Positions 1 to 12,581 of a DNA stretch of 64,000 nt are shown here, in pieces. This DNA is from Bugula neritina (taxonomy: Eukaryota; Animalia; Bryozoa): NCBI GenBank assembly GCA_964035545.1, contig OZ037768.1:4682741-4746740 (forward strand), written 5' to 3'. Under the pieces are notes generated by a model. The model searched no databases. It was not told the origin of the DNA and saw only the letters and a program-made list of their open reading frames with translations. Position numbers and translations under genes: made by a program. Each line of letters begins with the position of its first letter. The stretch's first letter is position 1.

Positions 1-484
1 CATTGTCACTGTCAGTCTTATTTTTATAAAGTTTAAATATATCAACAAAAGACATTGACTAAGCTGAATGCTGAGTAATGAATATAACCTTTTTAGTAAT
101 TTGCAGAATTTGACATTGTTTAGAGTAATCCTATATGTTATCTTAAACCCGACTGTAATAAAGTTCTATATTGTATTTATGGGCCCCTCTTCAATTGGTG
201 TTATGAAACAGAGAAGTCACTAAAGACAATTAATGATTTTCAATGCTATAAATTCATCTATTTATTAAGCCATGCTTGGGGGTTAGATTTTTTCAAAGTA
301 GTGCTAATAAATATGTCATCTATGAGAGAAATAAAGCAATTCATTCAGTTACATGGTTAAGGAATTCCTATTGCATCTACTTTCTGCATCATCGTACATT
401 TATTTTAGATTGGACAAATATATTTTCAACTAGTTATAACATGCTGGAGTGATAGCCCAAGTTACTAATATTACAATATGAGCT

Positions 485-3400
485 ATGGATGATAGTAGTA
501 ATTTAGATTTCAAAAATACACTTGCTGCGAATGGAAGTGGAGAAACTGGAAAATATTCGGACACCAATAAGTCTTCGGTACAGATCCAACCAGATGCACC
601 AGGAAATGTTTTCACCTCAGAAGGTGGTGAAACCAGTTCACACAAGATGCAAACTGAAACTCATTCTTGTGAGAAAAGCATATGCAAATCAGAAATAGAT
701 GTATCTGAGAAAACTGTAGCAATAGAACAAAATAGTAAGGTAAATGTTTCAATTATTTTCAGCTGGATTCTGTTTTGATACACATACAAGGCAATAAAAT
801 AACTTTATCTTTTGAAAATAATGAAACATTGAATATTTTTGCCAACAATATTATAAGTGATGTGTTGATGTTTCAACTTTATCCCATAAACAAACTACTT
901 AGATTTTACTGAGGATTTAAAATCAATTGAACACTTTCTCTGATTTTCTGGCTTCATTATAATTCTAGCTACGGAGTTTGAGGCAAAGAAAGTCAGCCGA
1001 CGCACTAACTCCCACTCCTCCTAAAAAGAAAAGACACAGTTCTACTGATAATAAGTCTAATGTAACGCAAACTAAACAAGGAGCATCTGAATCAATGAAT
1101 ACAACAGGTAGTCACTAAGTCCTGCTGAAAGTCAAGTGGGGCTTGGGCCAAGTTTAATAGAACTTTTTTTTTGGCATGTTTACTAAGTTTTTCTTCATCT
1201 TTAATGTAAGCAACCAATGAAGACCACTGTCTATAGAGCTACTGTTGTTAATAATATGAAATATTGATGTTTTGTCACACCCATGAAAGTGAATTGGGTT
1301 TCTTCGTCTATATCTTCAACTAAGTTGTTTATAAATCTTCACATTAATAGATTGGCTTTTGCAAGAGGATGTTCATTATAAAATATTTCTTCTACTTGTA
1401 ATTTATAGCTATTGTGGGTATTGATCTATATGTTGGCATTTGTAAATATGGAGCATTTCTTTTCTTTATTATGTTCAGAGAAAAATAGTCCAAAACAAAC
1501 GGAGAAAAGAAAACTGCTCCCAAGAAGGTCAGGAATTGAATGGAAAGTAGGCTGTAAATTAGAGGCCATGGACTTCTTGAAGAAATGGTGTGTTTGCTAT
1601 GCAATGGCACTGCTAGATCATCAAACTTGTTCTACATTTTCTGTATTCTATCATTTTCATTATTATGTAGTATTATATGTATGGCTATGTGCTATATTTT
1701 GTACACTATATTTTAGTTTAAATAAACTCAACATCATTCATAAAATAGCTTGGTTTTAGTTAATATAATTATACAAGAGCAAGAGGTTTTCCGTAGCCAA
1801 TGGAATATGCAGAAGAATGTAAACTCTATTCAAGTATAATAATAAGTAACTAACTTTACAGAAAGTGTTAAAGCTTCTTTCATACAGCTGTACAGCTATG
1901 CTTTGTCAATAGAACAGCTTACAAAGTTATATAATACTGTGCCCTTCTATTTACTTTGTTTGAGGTGGTATAGAATAAAAGCACATGCTTTAGGTACAAG
2001 GCTAGAATAATCGAAGTGGACGAAGAGGAAGCAGAAGTTCTGATTCACTTTGACAACTGGAGTTCAAGGTTTGACGAGTGGGTAGGCATGAAGTCCGAGA
2101 GACTGAGGGCCATGAGCCAGGCTAGTACATCAGCAGCTACTCCTAAAGTGCAGCACACTCTGCCCCAGGTAAAGTGCTTGTAGAAGTTTAGGTATTCTAC
2201 TTTAAATAACTAATCTATAGTTATAGTAATAGTTGTACCAGAAATTTAGAAGTGCAGTGCTGTTCTTATCATTTGTTGAACTCGATGTGTTGATTTTTTG
2301 TTGGCTAAAGCTTGGGTTTTATAACTTCTGTTGGGGTTGGGAGTATCATTGCTTCTAAACAGACAACTATTTGTCCTCTAAATTAAATTTAATATTCACT
2401 AGAGTGTGTTTGTGACTTGTGACATATGACAGGCTCGTGACATGTGACACAGACATGACATCTTTAGCTGTTTCCTTTGTACATTATTGTATAGTAATAG
2501 ATACATTTGCAATAGTTACAAGAACTTGAGAGACATATTTGGTTGATGCTACTTGAAAAGTGATATAATATTATGTTGATGGTTTATGGTATTAATCACA
2601 GATTTCAATGGGGTCAATGGTGCTAGCGAAATGGTCTAATAAAAAGGCTACGACCAAATATCCTGCTGTAGTCCGAAGTATTGCTTCAAAGAAGAAAGTG
2701 AATATAGAGTTCTATGATGGTATAGAGATACAGACAGACATGACTTCTGTGCAGTCATTACATCCAGATTTACAGTCAAGGGTAGATACTTTGGCACAGT
2801 TCTTAGCACACAATATTGTTGACTTTGTGTTTATGTTTTGTTATAGCCATCAAGGAAAAAACTAATACTTCATATGTTTCATGCTATGATACAAACTATT
2901 TTAAATAATCTGCTTAAGAGTTGTCTCTTCTTGAAACTTCCCTTTCAGCCTTTTTATTTTGATGTGAGATTGAAGCTGTTTTGATATTTACAGGCAGCAG
3001 ATATTTGGAATATGATGAAACAGATTGGAGAGGATGAGATAAGGCAGCGTCCAGAATCCAGCGCTGACAGCAAAGCGTCTCGAAGAGCACTAATGGCGTC
3101 TAATAAACTTCATCAAGATAGAATATGTATGTAGTTGTTTATATGAAATACTTTTATTGCCCCAGCTATTTTATTATATGCAGTTTCAACATTCAGTTGT
3201 GTTTTAATAACTTGATTGAGTTGTACATGACAGCAGCTAGTCTTTGCGAGGTTCGCAAGAGAGAATTGTGTCAGAAGTTTTATTAACTGATTAATTTAAA
3301 AATAAAAAATGTGCTCTAATTTTTTTAATCGATATCAAAAGTTTTTAAATTTTTAATTTACATATCTCCTTTTAGCTTTTTGTTAAGCAAATTTAGAAGG

Positions 3401-6400
3401 TGAAAATGGGTAGAAAAATGATAAATTGCAATCACTTGTATTTAATTTTAAAGTTAATTTATTTCGTTCAATTTCATCAGATATAGTTTATAACACTTTA
3501 TCTGCATGAAGTTTTGAGCTCATAATTCCACTTTATATGACATGGTGTAGATTTATAATTATTGCTGCTTATTGTTTTTTCCAGCCAATGCAGAGGCGTT
3601 ACTGTCTAAGCTGATTGAAGATGCTTCTAAGGGGGGTACACAGGAAGCACTGAGCAAGACCGAACCTGTTACTTCTGAGAGAGTTGCCAGCAAGTCCGCT
3701 GTACAAAGTAGTACAAAGTCGGATGGTAGAGTTTCAACTGCTAGAAAAGCTGCAATTAAACTCACCAAAGTTGACCAGCATTCTCCTAAACAGGAGACTG
3801 ATAGAGCAGTGAAAGTTAAAGTTGATAAATCTCTCAAACATACAGCAGATGGTGAAAGACCTCAAAGTTCGGGCTCTAAAAAGTTGGGGTCTGAATTAGA
3901 GCAGGATAGGAAACGGCTCTCTGGAACTAAAGAGCCACCTACCATTAGCATACCTGACACGCAGGTAAATATTGCCCATGAATGCTTTTCAGTAAAAACT
4001 TAAGATTTCGGCCCTCTGGGACTAACTGATATTTGAAAGATAAATACAATTCATATCTCGTGTTTTGCATGTTGTTTTCATATACTTTTATTACAGAGGA
4101 CCAATAGTAATTTTATTTTAATATCGTTTTATTTTTATTGTAATAACATGACTATATTGAGGATAACATTATGTGTTACTTTGTCTTGTGCATATTATAA
4201 AGTTGGGAAGCAGCACGAAGAGGTCTAAACCCAGTGAGAGAGACAAGACTAGTAATGCAAAGGGCAGCAGAAGAAAAGTCGCCAAAGCAGATGTTAATAT
4301 TGGAGCAGACGGTGACAATGTGAAGACACAAGCTGATAGAGTCAAAACACTCAAAGCAGATGCTGAAAAAATAGAAGCTCTGAAATCAAACTTTCAAATT
4401 CAAAAGAATCCTGCTGTGTCTGTATCAACTGAGCAGGTAAATTGGAACTCTTTAAGGTAGTTGCGAGGGTGAGATCTCAGCTTATCTTTTGTAAAACCTT
4501 TTGATATAAGAAGCATGCATGTCCTTGTAGAATTTTGAACGAATTAATTTTATTAGATTTAATGCATTCTATGCTTGTACAATATTTGGGTTTGTAGCAG
4601 GTGGATAAAAGTCAAAAAAGGGCTCTGTCAGAGGAACACTCTTCATCTAGCAGCCTCAAGAGGAGAAAACTCAACAAAGGAAAGGTTTGTACATAACGTA
4701 TGCAAAATTACTTTAATAGTTTTATAAGAAAGCACGCTGACTTCTAGAGCACAGCTTCTGAGAATGTATTATTGAATAGGAAGGTCGCTGTTGACTATAG
4801 CATAGTTGTGTATATACTTGAGTTATGTACAATTATTTATGTTTTAGAAAACTGGTAGCAAGCTCATAGTTGCTGAATTTTCCAAGTCGAAGTTAACTAA
4901 GAAAGATGGCTTGACTGAACCAGTAAAAGACATTACGCCACCATATTCTCCTAATCAAGAGTCAACTAGCAGTGCTGTATCACAAATATCCAATGCTGTG
5001 GTAGCCTTGAGTGATGTGATTAATGATGCCAACGTTTCACAAACATCAACACACGACAGCTCATCTATACACAGCAAAGACAGTGACAGCACAACTCCAA
5101 ATTCTTTGGGGAAGCTTGGTAAGAGTGGACTGAAGGAGGCTTGTGTTGATGTTAGCACACCAAGTAAAATCTCAAAATCCAGTGAGAAATTTGAGCCCGA
5201 CAGTTCATTTAATGAAGAAGAAAAATGGGCCAGCGATGAGATAAATGTTCAAAGCTTCACCCCTACAACTAAGCGACTTCTCAATTCTGTAGCTGTCGTG
5301 AATCTGGAGAAGACGGACCTGTTTGCTGTCATGTCTTCTACGTCTGCACCAGATGTGAAACCTGTCACCTTGTCTACTACAACTGTTGACAAGAGTACCG
5401 CCGAGTCACCTGTTGCAGCTGACAAATCAGCATCAGCAGCAGACTCTATACCAGCACAGGAAGTTAATCCGACAGCAGAATCCGTTTCAGCAGATAGTCC
5501 TAGGCCGAGTTCTTCACGGACAGCAAATTCTGCGCTGACAGCGAACTCTGAACTACCCACTAATACGACGTCGAAGACAGTCAGCACACCAACCATGGCT
5601 ACTGGTGCGGCCAGTATTTCAAGGAGACCATCTAGTACAACCACCAAGCCAATGGCACTTCGGCGTCAGTCTCAGGTTAGTTCTTATTGTGGAAATTACC
5701 AAAAATTTATACTTTTAGTAAAATCTACTTGACTTTTTGTTTAAATTGATTTTTCATGCATTCAGCACATTTGGAGGCCACAAATAGCTCTAACGAATTA
5801 TGTTGGTGGTTTAAATTAGTGTTGCATTGGTTCTAGAGGTTTTTTAATGGACCAATCAGAAACAGCATACCTGTCACGTGTACATATAGACAGCTGAATA
5901 CTTTTTTTATAATTCTATTATTGCAAGTTTATTGCTAAAAATCAACAAGCTGTGTGCCTGTCTGTTAAGCAGCTAATGTTTTTTGGCAGCAAAACTCATG
6001 TTTTTTTATGGTTACATCTTATACAGGCTGCTGACAAACTCTCAAACTGTGCTGGCTGCGTAGTTTGAAGGCTGCCAAAGCTCAGCAGTATATTGATATC
6101 TGATCTTTTGACTTTGCCAATGGCTTGACTGGGGTTCGATTTTTCAGCCTTGTACCGGCCTAGCTTGATGACTTTAACTGCATATGTCAAATGTCATATT
6201 ACAACACGTTTACTGTTTTATGTTACCAGAATACGGAGTCTAAGGCTAAATATGGATACAAAATGATCCTTGAACCTATTGATGCTAAGCCTTCGAAAGC
6301 CTTTGAAGTAAAAGAGCATCACAGTCAGTTCCGATGTGCGCAGTGCACCAAGGCCTTCAGGAAGCAATCACTTCTTACAGCTCATATAAAATACTATCAT

Positions 6401-8639
6401 AGTGCGTCAGCTTCAAGCTCCACCCCTCTGTCGGTGGTACCGGCCCCTAAACGTAGAAGGCGTAAGACCATCAGTGTGTGTGAGTCTTGAGTGTGATTCT
6501 TTCATATTGCATTATCACGATTCATAATTAGAACATGGGTCAGAAATTGGCACAATAGAAGTTTGTTTGTCTGAATTTTCATCGGTTTATACAAACCGAG
6601 TGGGTTACTCTTTAGGCTCCAGCGGTTCTGAAAGTGTAAACACTGCACCGTCCACACCATTAGCCAGTCCTACGCCCTCAAAAGAAGCAAGCGGCTCAAA
6701 GAAACATTCAGCAAAAAGTCATTCTAAAGGTTTATCAATCTATATTTTTAATTAGTGTATTTTGTTGTACTAGAGCTTAATTGTCAAAACTATAGTTTCT
6801 TGTCTGATATATCTCTAAAGTATGCGATATATTAAATAGCATCTATACACCCTGCGGGTACAGACACTGTAGACATCAAGTTGGAGTATGAGACAGATAC
6901 AGACGAGGAATCCATCACGGATCCCTCCTATCAGACGGAAATAGTCAACTGTAAATGTGGTTTCAATGAAGAAGATGATCTTATGATTCAGGTTTGTCAC
7001 TGCAAGTATCTAGTATGTAATTTAGAGTGTTGAGGTTGTAAAGTTAGTCTATGAGTATAAGAGTTTGAATCTGTAAAATGGTTTAGCTGAATGAGACTTA
7101 AATTTGCACAAATAATTTACTTGAAAGAATGGGTAGCCTAATAATTATGAAAATAAAGTACAACCTGTTTATTTCAAAATTGCGACAAATTTTTCCTATA
7201 ATTTTTTTTAAACTCACTCTTCCGGTATATACTTTTCAGCATTCATTGTTCAAATCTTATAATTTCCTGCTGCATGATTGTAGTGTGAGTTTTGCTGCTG
7301 CTGGCAACATGCCGAATGCTTCAACATCGCTCCGGACGAGCTGCCCGACAACTACGTGTGTTTTGTCTGCTTGAAAACACCAGGAGTTCGCGACTCTTGT
7401 AAATACATGTACGACCAAAAATGGCTGCGAGACGGTATGTGTTCTGGGAATCTTCAGATTTTTAGTCTTCTATTCTAGTCGTTAAAAACTTTTCAGGCAG
7501 TCACTTGGCACCGCAGCCACATTTCATCAACATAACATAGAGTGTTAAAAATAATGATAGTGTGACAGCAGTAGGAGTAACATTGTTCCTTCAACAGTGG
7601 AGTAGTGATTGTTGAGAGCTTGCCAAGTAATGCTTTTCAATTGTTCCAATTTAATTATATTTAGTTTTTCTATTTGTTGAAATGTAGTGACCTATGTAAG
7701 TTACTTTCTGTTCAAAGTAATTGCATGTTGCAAAAAAATTTATTCACAAGCTTTAATTTTCCAGGTACTCTACCCAAACTCACTACTAATGCAACAAATG
7801 GGAACGCAGTAACTAGCAATATAGAAAAAATTATGTGTAAAAGTAATAAGCAACTAAAAAAGGCCCAGTATCAATTGAGTTCCCTCAGGTCTATCGACAG
7901 GTTGCTGGACTCCTCATCTAAGGGGTGAGACAACTTCTAAAACTAGTAATGCATGGTTTGCTTTTTGGAGTTGTTTTCTCGTCACACATTTGGATTTTAA
8001 ATGTTGTTCATTTAATTTCAGTGATATGTATGAGCTAGCGCTTTGGTCTCAAGATGATAGAAATGTAAGTGCTATTAAAGTTATTCACCTAAGAAGAACT
8101 AGATTTGTTGATATTCTCTCAACACATGTTTTTGCGAAACTTTCATACATCTCAAAGTTTCTCCATTGTAACTCTCTAGCCTGGTTGAGTTTTGTCTGAT
8201 TCTGTTAGGTGTTTTACACTCACATATCGTGGTACTATGCTGTAGGACTGTTCAGTTGGTGCAGCTCAAGACAATGCTGCTCAAGAAAACGTACTGCTTT
8301 ACATTCAAGATGCACAATCAAGGATGATGGCCAACCTCGACAGCATTGAGGCACAAATGTCAGGTTGGTATTTCATAGATCAATGCTAATCTTTACAGAG
8401 CTGATTGCTGAAAGTAGAAATTTTACATATTATATTAGCAATGTTTACATTTTGTTTTAGAATTGGAAGCTAAAGCAAAACTTGATGTTGCCAAGTCAGA
8501 AGAATTAGTGACATGCAAAGATTTAGAAACATTATTAAGTGATTTGAAAAAAGTAGAGAAGTTCAGCCATCTAGCAAGATGCAAGACAGAGGAGATTGAT
8601 GAACCAGAAACTATTGATGTAGACACAACTATGTCATGA
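485..8639 (+). CDS. PHF20: PHD finger protein 20 / PHF20L1-like (NSL complex subunit): two Tudor domains, C2H2 zinc finger, PHD finger; ~1227 aa
   Basis: Hand-spliced GT-AG exons in continuous frame: 485-739, 969-1107, 1479-1587, 1994-2168, 2602-2781, 2994-3126, 3585-3964, 4203-4436, 4601-4684, 4848-5675, 6230-6479, 6616-6729, 6840-6991, 7284-7434, 7765-7924, 8022-8064, 8246-8363, 8461-8639 (TGA). Tudor1 [53 protein letters not shown]; Tudor2 VLAKWS..YPAVV..IEFYDG; C2H2 [24 protein letters not shown]; [40 protein letters not shown]; PHF20-type tail [27 protein letters not shown] at 8788 and 8863. Confidence 0.9.
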
Positions 8640-8981
8640 AATTTTAGTACCTGGCTGAAAGCATTTATTATATACAATTTTATATGTTGTTATAGCCACA
8701 AAAATTCTTCAATATATCATTTTCTATATGTAAATATAATATAGTTATATACATAATTTTGTACATTTACAGTTGGTTAGTAAAAACAATAAATACATTT
8801 GTTAAAACTTTTCATCACATTTTCGAAAAATAATACCTCATTCTTGTACATCTCATTTGCACAATAAAATAAACAGGTACTAAGTATACTTTATAAAAAA
8901 ATATTAAAGGAAAGTAAAATGTAAAATTGAATTGCCAATCTAAAAAATAGATATGTGGCATATTAAAATAGATTGAGGTGC

Positions 8982-11751
8982 TTAGTTGGCTTCGCTGTTA
9001 CCATGGAACATTTGCAATTCTTCCATATCCAGGCCATTAGTTAATCGTGTCTCTCCATTTGATAACTCTTCGTGGTATTCAAAGGTATTGTTGACACTAA
9101 GTTCGGATTCTTGTGATGTTTGGGAATCCTGCCGAGATGCTTTGATTTTGGTAAGATTAGTTTTCAGGTTTTGCCTTGGTGTTGGGCGTCGGAAATTAAA
9201 TTTAACTATAAGTTTAGAAGTTGGTGTTTGAGATTGTGGACTGGATAAATTGTTGGTCTGGTTTCGAATACGCTTTGCTACTTTGGGTTTTTTAGCTTTA
9301 GTACTTTTTACTTTTGGAATAACAATTTTAGGTGGTTTTGGTTTAGAACAATCTTTAGATTTTTGGCCAGTTTTCTTTGCTGGAGTGTTTCTACGGCCTC
9401 GAACTGTGAAATCAAAGTCTTCAATATTTAAATCCAAATCGCCCTTTCTAATGTGGAGTAAGAGATCTGTTTTAGACCGAAACTTTTTTCCATCAGGGCT
9501 GCAAAAGTAATGCATGATCATGTTGCAAAATGACATGTAAGCGACTTTCACCAAAAACTTACTGCATGCAGTAAATAGTATAGACTTCTACTGAACACAC
9601 CTGTAAATGTAAACATCATATTTGCCGGCTGATGCACCCATCGTTCTTTGAGTAACCTTTCTCGTCCACCCGGAGGGCAGCGTAGGATCTGTCATCATTG
9701 GAGTGATAATTTCCTCACTAGTAATCAGCAAACATGTTGATATGCAAATTGGTATTATAATACCATGTCTTACAGTTGAAATTAGAACAAAACTACTGTT
9801 TTTGCTACACAAGTATATGGAAATTTCTCAACATGCATGGGTATTGTGAATAAGCATAGAAATACTGACGGGGAATCATCGGTTGAGTGGAAAAATGGAT
9901 GGTAAATAAATGTGATCTATTGCTGAATTAGATTTACAGTTTTAGCATTCAAAAACTAGTTTTAGCTTTAGAATATAAGACCAAACTCTCAATTAAACTA
10001 TCTTGGCAGCAATTTTACTCATCAGGGAACATTTTTTTTTAAAAATTTGTGATAGCAAACGACTTACTGACAAATAACTGACTCAGTAACTGATTAGATC
10101 TCATTAAACACGATATAATTTAAAGTTTATTATGAAGTTAGAATATAACATACTTGATCAGGGAGCTTGTAGGCATCACTAATGGATTTGGCAGGGTTTC
10201 AACATCTATCACTTCTGTGGACGAGGTGTTGCAAGTAGATTCATTGCTTTCTGTTTTCAAAATATTACAAACTTTATGATGCTGAGCATCACCATTGAAA
10301 TTTTGGTTTTCTAACTCATTTTCTATTAGTGTCAGCGATGCAGAGTTATCCATCTTTAAAGGGCATTCCTTAGATATTGATCTAAACATAGAAGAGGCAA
10401 TAAAATTAATCACAGGACCAGAAAATTTTTTTATGGGACATTGTCTTATGCAATGCTTTTTATACTTTCTAAACTGTCAAAAACAAAAATTGTTGAAAGT
10501 ATTATCCATGTAAAACAGGGTTGGGGTAATTGTGACAATGAGTTACATTTTTTTTTTCAAAAAATTGAAAGTAATTTGTAATTGATCTATAAAATGGTAA
10601 TTGTAATTAATTTTACATCTACCTAATGCAATTGATTTTTACAATTACTTTAAAATTACACATCAACTACTTCAAACTTTTAAATCTTAAAAATTTCATA
10701 CTTTTCCTACCATGCCTACTGTTTAACAAAAATTTCAGATTAAGTCAATGTAGTATTGTATCACCCTATTAATTACTGTTGAGAACAAAGGAGGTTCTCC
10801 ACTGTCAAAATTTCCCCAGGTAGTTAGATCCCGAAGTGAGATTGACTAACTTTTATTTATATAAAAAGTAACTGTAATTGCAATTAATTAATTGTAATTG
10901 TAATTAACTTCATTAATTTTCAATTGTAATTATAAATGACAATTTTTCCATTTAATTGTAGGCTTACGTAATTGCCCCCAACCCTGATGTAAAGTTGTAT
11001 GACTGAAATTATCGCATCAGATGAAAGTTTCTGAAAATGCTAATAAGTAATAATATAGTCATAATGATAATCAATTTCAATTTTAATTTATAATTACTTT
11101 TTAAGTCCAACTATAAGTCTAAGAGTAGGTGGTAATAATTAGGTACTAGTTATTGTTAATGTTATGCTTATTACTCATTTACTTTGTCTTTAGCATGATA
11201 TTAACTATATACTTAAAACTTAAGTCAAAGTAAAACTTAAACTAAAACTAATAGTACAAAAATAACTTATAGTTATACTTAGTATTACTATTAGTATAAG
11301 TATTAGTATTACTATAAGTATAACTATAACTATAAGTATAAGAGTATAAATATTACTAATAGTAATAGTAATACTAATACTAATAGTATTACTATTAGAT
11401 TTAGTATTAGTAAAATAAAATTTGGGCCTAGTAGTAAACTTATATTTAACTATTAAACTTAAACATAATGTTAATGTTACTACTATAGTATAACTATAAG
11501 TATAAGTATTACTCAATTAGTATAACTCAAACTGTAAGTTTAAGTTAAACTGCTGGCAGCCACATATCACTAAAATGTTTATACCACTATACCTACACTT
11601 GAAGTTATTGCTACATTCACTTCCATTTACGTTCAACCTTACTCTTATTGATCTACAAATCATAATTTAACAAATCAAAGAATTTTCAGTCAAAAAATAA
11701 ATATTGAACTTGCCCAAGAATAAAATTTAAATTCGATTCGGTCTCAGCCAT
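8982..11751 (-). CDS. Methyl-CpG-binding domain protein of MBD4/MeCP2 type, no glycosylase domain; up to ~348 aa
   Basis: Minus-strand exons 11751-11714 (ATG; GC-AG donor), 11652-11593, 10468-10154, 9717-9601, 9498-8982 (stop). Spliced MBD: [65 protein letters not shown], followed by a Lys/Pro-rich basic tail. The two 5' exons are less certain; the start could instead be an internal Met in the 10468-10154 exon. Confidence 0.85.
10516..10986. mobile_element. Non-autonomous DNA transposon (MITE), probably hAT superfamily, in an intron of the MBD gene
   Basis: Imperfect terminal inverted repeats CAGGGTTGGGGTAATTG ... GTAATTGCCCCCAACCCTG; 8-bp flanking duplication ATGTAAAA/ATGTAAAG (1 mismatch; 8-bp TSD is typical of hAT); internal GTAATT/AATTAC repeats; no ORF. 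Confidence 0.8.
11040..11550. repeat. Hexamer-periodic low-complexity tract in a 5' intron of the MBD gene
   Basis: Runs such as AGTATT ACTATT AGTATA AGTATT AGTATT ACTATA AGTATA ACTATA; produces the spurious alternating-residue ORF 11220..11516. Confidence 0.8.
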
Positions 11752-12225
11752 GATGTTTCCGGCTAAGTAGAACTACTTATAATTATTTCCTTTTCAAGTT
11801 TCAACTCTATAGATTATACACATTATGGTTTACAACTATTGATCTTTTTTATTAGATTTGATTTATAACTTCTTTTTACACCTGTTGATGTGATCTCATT
11901 ATTTTATATTATCTTATTGTAATAAATCTCAACGCTCACAAAATTAAAGGGTCGGGAAACGACTATAGTTTTACGTTTTTATGCCGCACTACACAGGGCA
12001 GCACAATTACTTGGTAAAATTGTATGGTGGATTTTATTGGACAATTGCTAACTGTTGTCACGTTGTTAGCGCAATTGTTATTGGCTATATCCAGACCTTG
12101 TGATCGAAATTTGAATTCAACTCAGTCCCAAGTTAGCTTGGGTTTGTACCTTGTTGCTAAGTTAACTCGGCAGTTCAAAGTCACAGAAGTCTATTGATCA
12201 AGTCCCATTTTATGAAGCTCTGTGA
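11752..12225. promoter_or_regulatory. Probable bidirectional promoter between the MBD gene (-) and TBC1D31 (+), with CCAAT boxes and an RFX X-box-like site
   Basis: Divergent gene 5' ends <1 kb apart; ATTGG at 12036 and 12080; GTTGCTAAGTTAAC at 12153-12166; GTGAGT donor near 12223 suggests a non-coding first exon of TBC1D31. Confidence 0.55.
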
Positions 12226-12581
12226 GTATAATCATTCTAGTTAGTTTAGTATTTATTCCTAACGGTAAATTAGTAGCCAAGTATTCACTCATTAGTCGAT
12301 TAGATTTGAAAGCTCTAAATGCTAGTAATGACTATGAGTTTTATACTTATACTTATACTTATACTCACTTATAGCTATACTATCACAGTCACACTCACTA
12401 CCACTATGACTATGAGTATGGGGTTTTCCCTGCTTTAAGTTGGCAGATGCTCATTATACAAAGCCTAAAAAATCAAACATTTGATACCGTTGCTGTGTAA
12501 TCCAAAGCTTCAAAATGATATTTGAATTGTTTTGGTTTTAGAGAACATTTGCTATGATGTAACAACTGACAACTTGCAAAC

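Noticed and set aside
3559-5647. Antisense ORFs 3559-3837, 4169-4354, 4955-5158, 5249-5647
   Set aside because: Shadows of Ser/Thr/Lys-rich PHF20 exons; no independent motifs.
8986-9510. Plus-strand ORFs 8986-9231 and 9250-9510
   Set aside because: Antisense shadows of the MBD terminal exon.
11220-11516. 98-aa hydrophobic ORF resembling a membrane protein
   Set aside because: By-product of the hexamer-periodic intronic tract.
485-11751. PHF20 next to an MBD gene as a split version of insect MBD-R2 (PHF20 orthologue containing an MBD)
   Set aside because: The genes are convergent, so they cannot be read through as a fusion, and this MBD looks MBD4/MeCP2-type; adjacency is probably coincidental.
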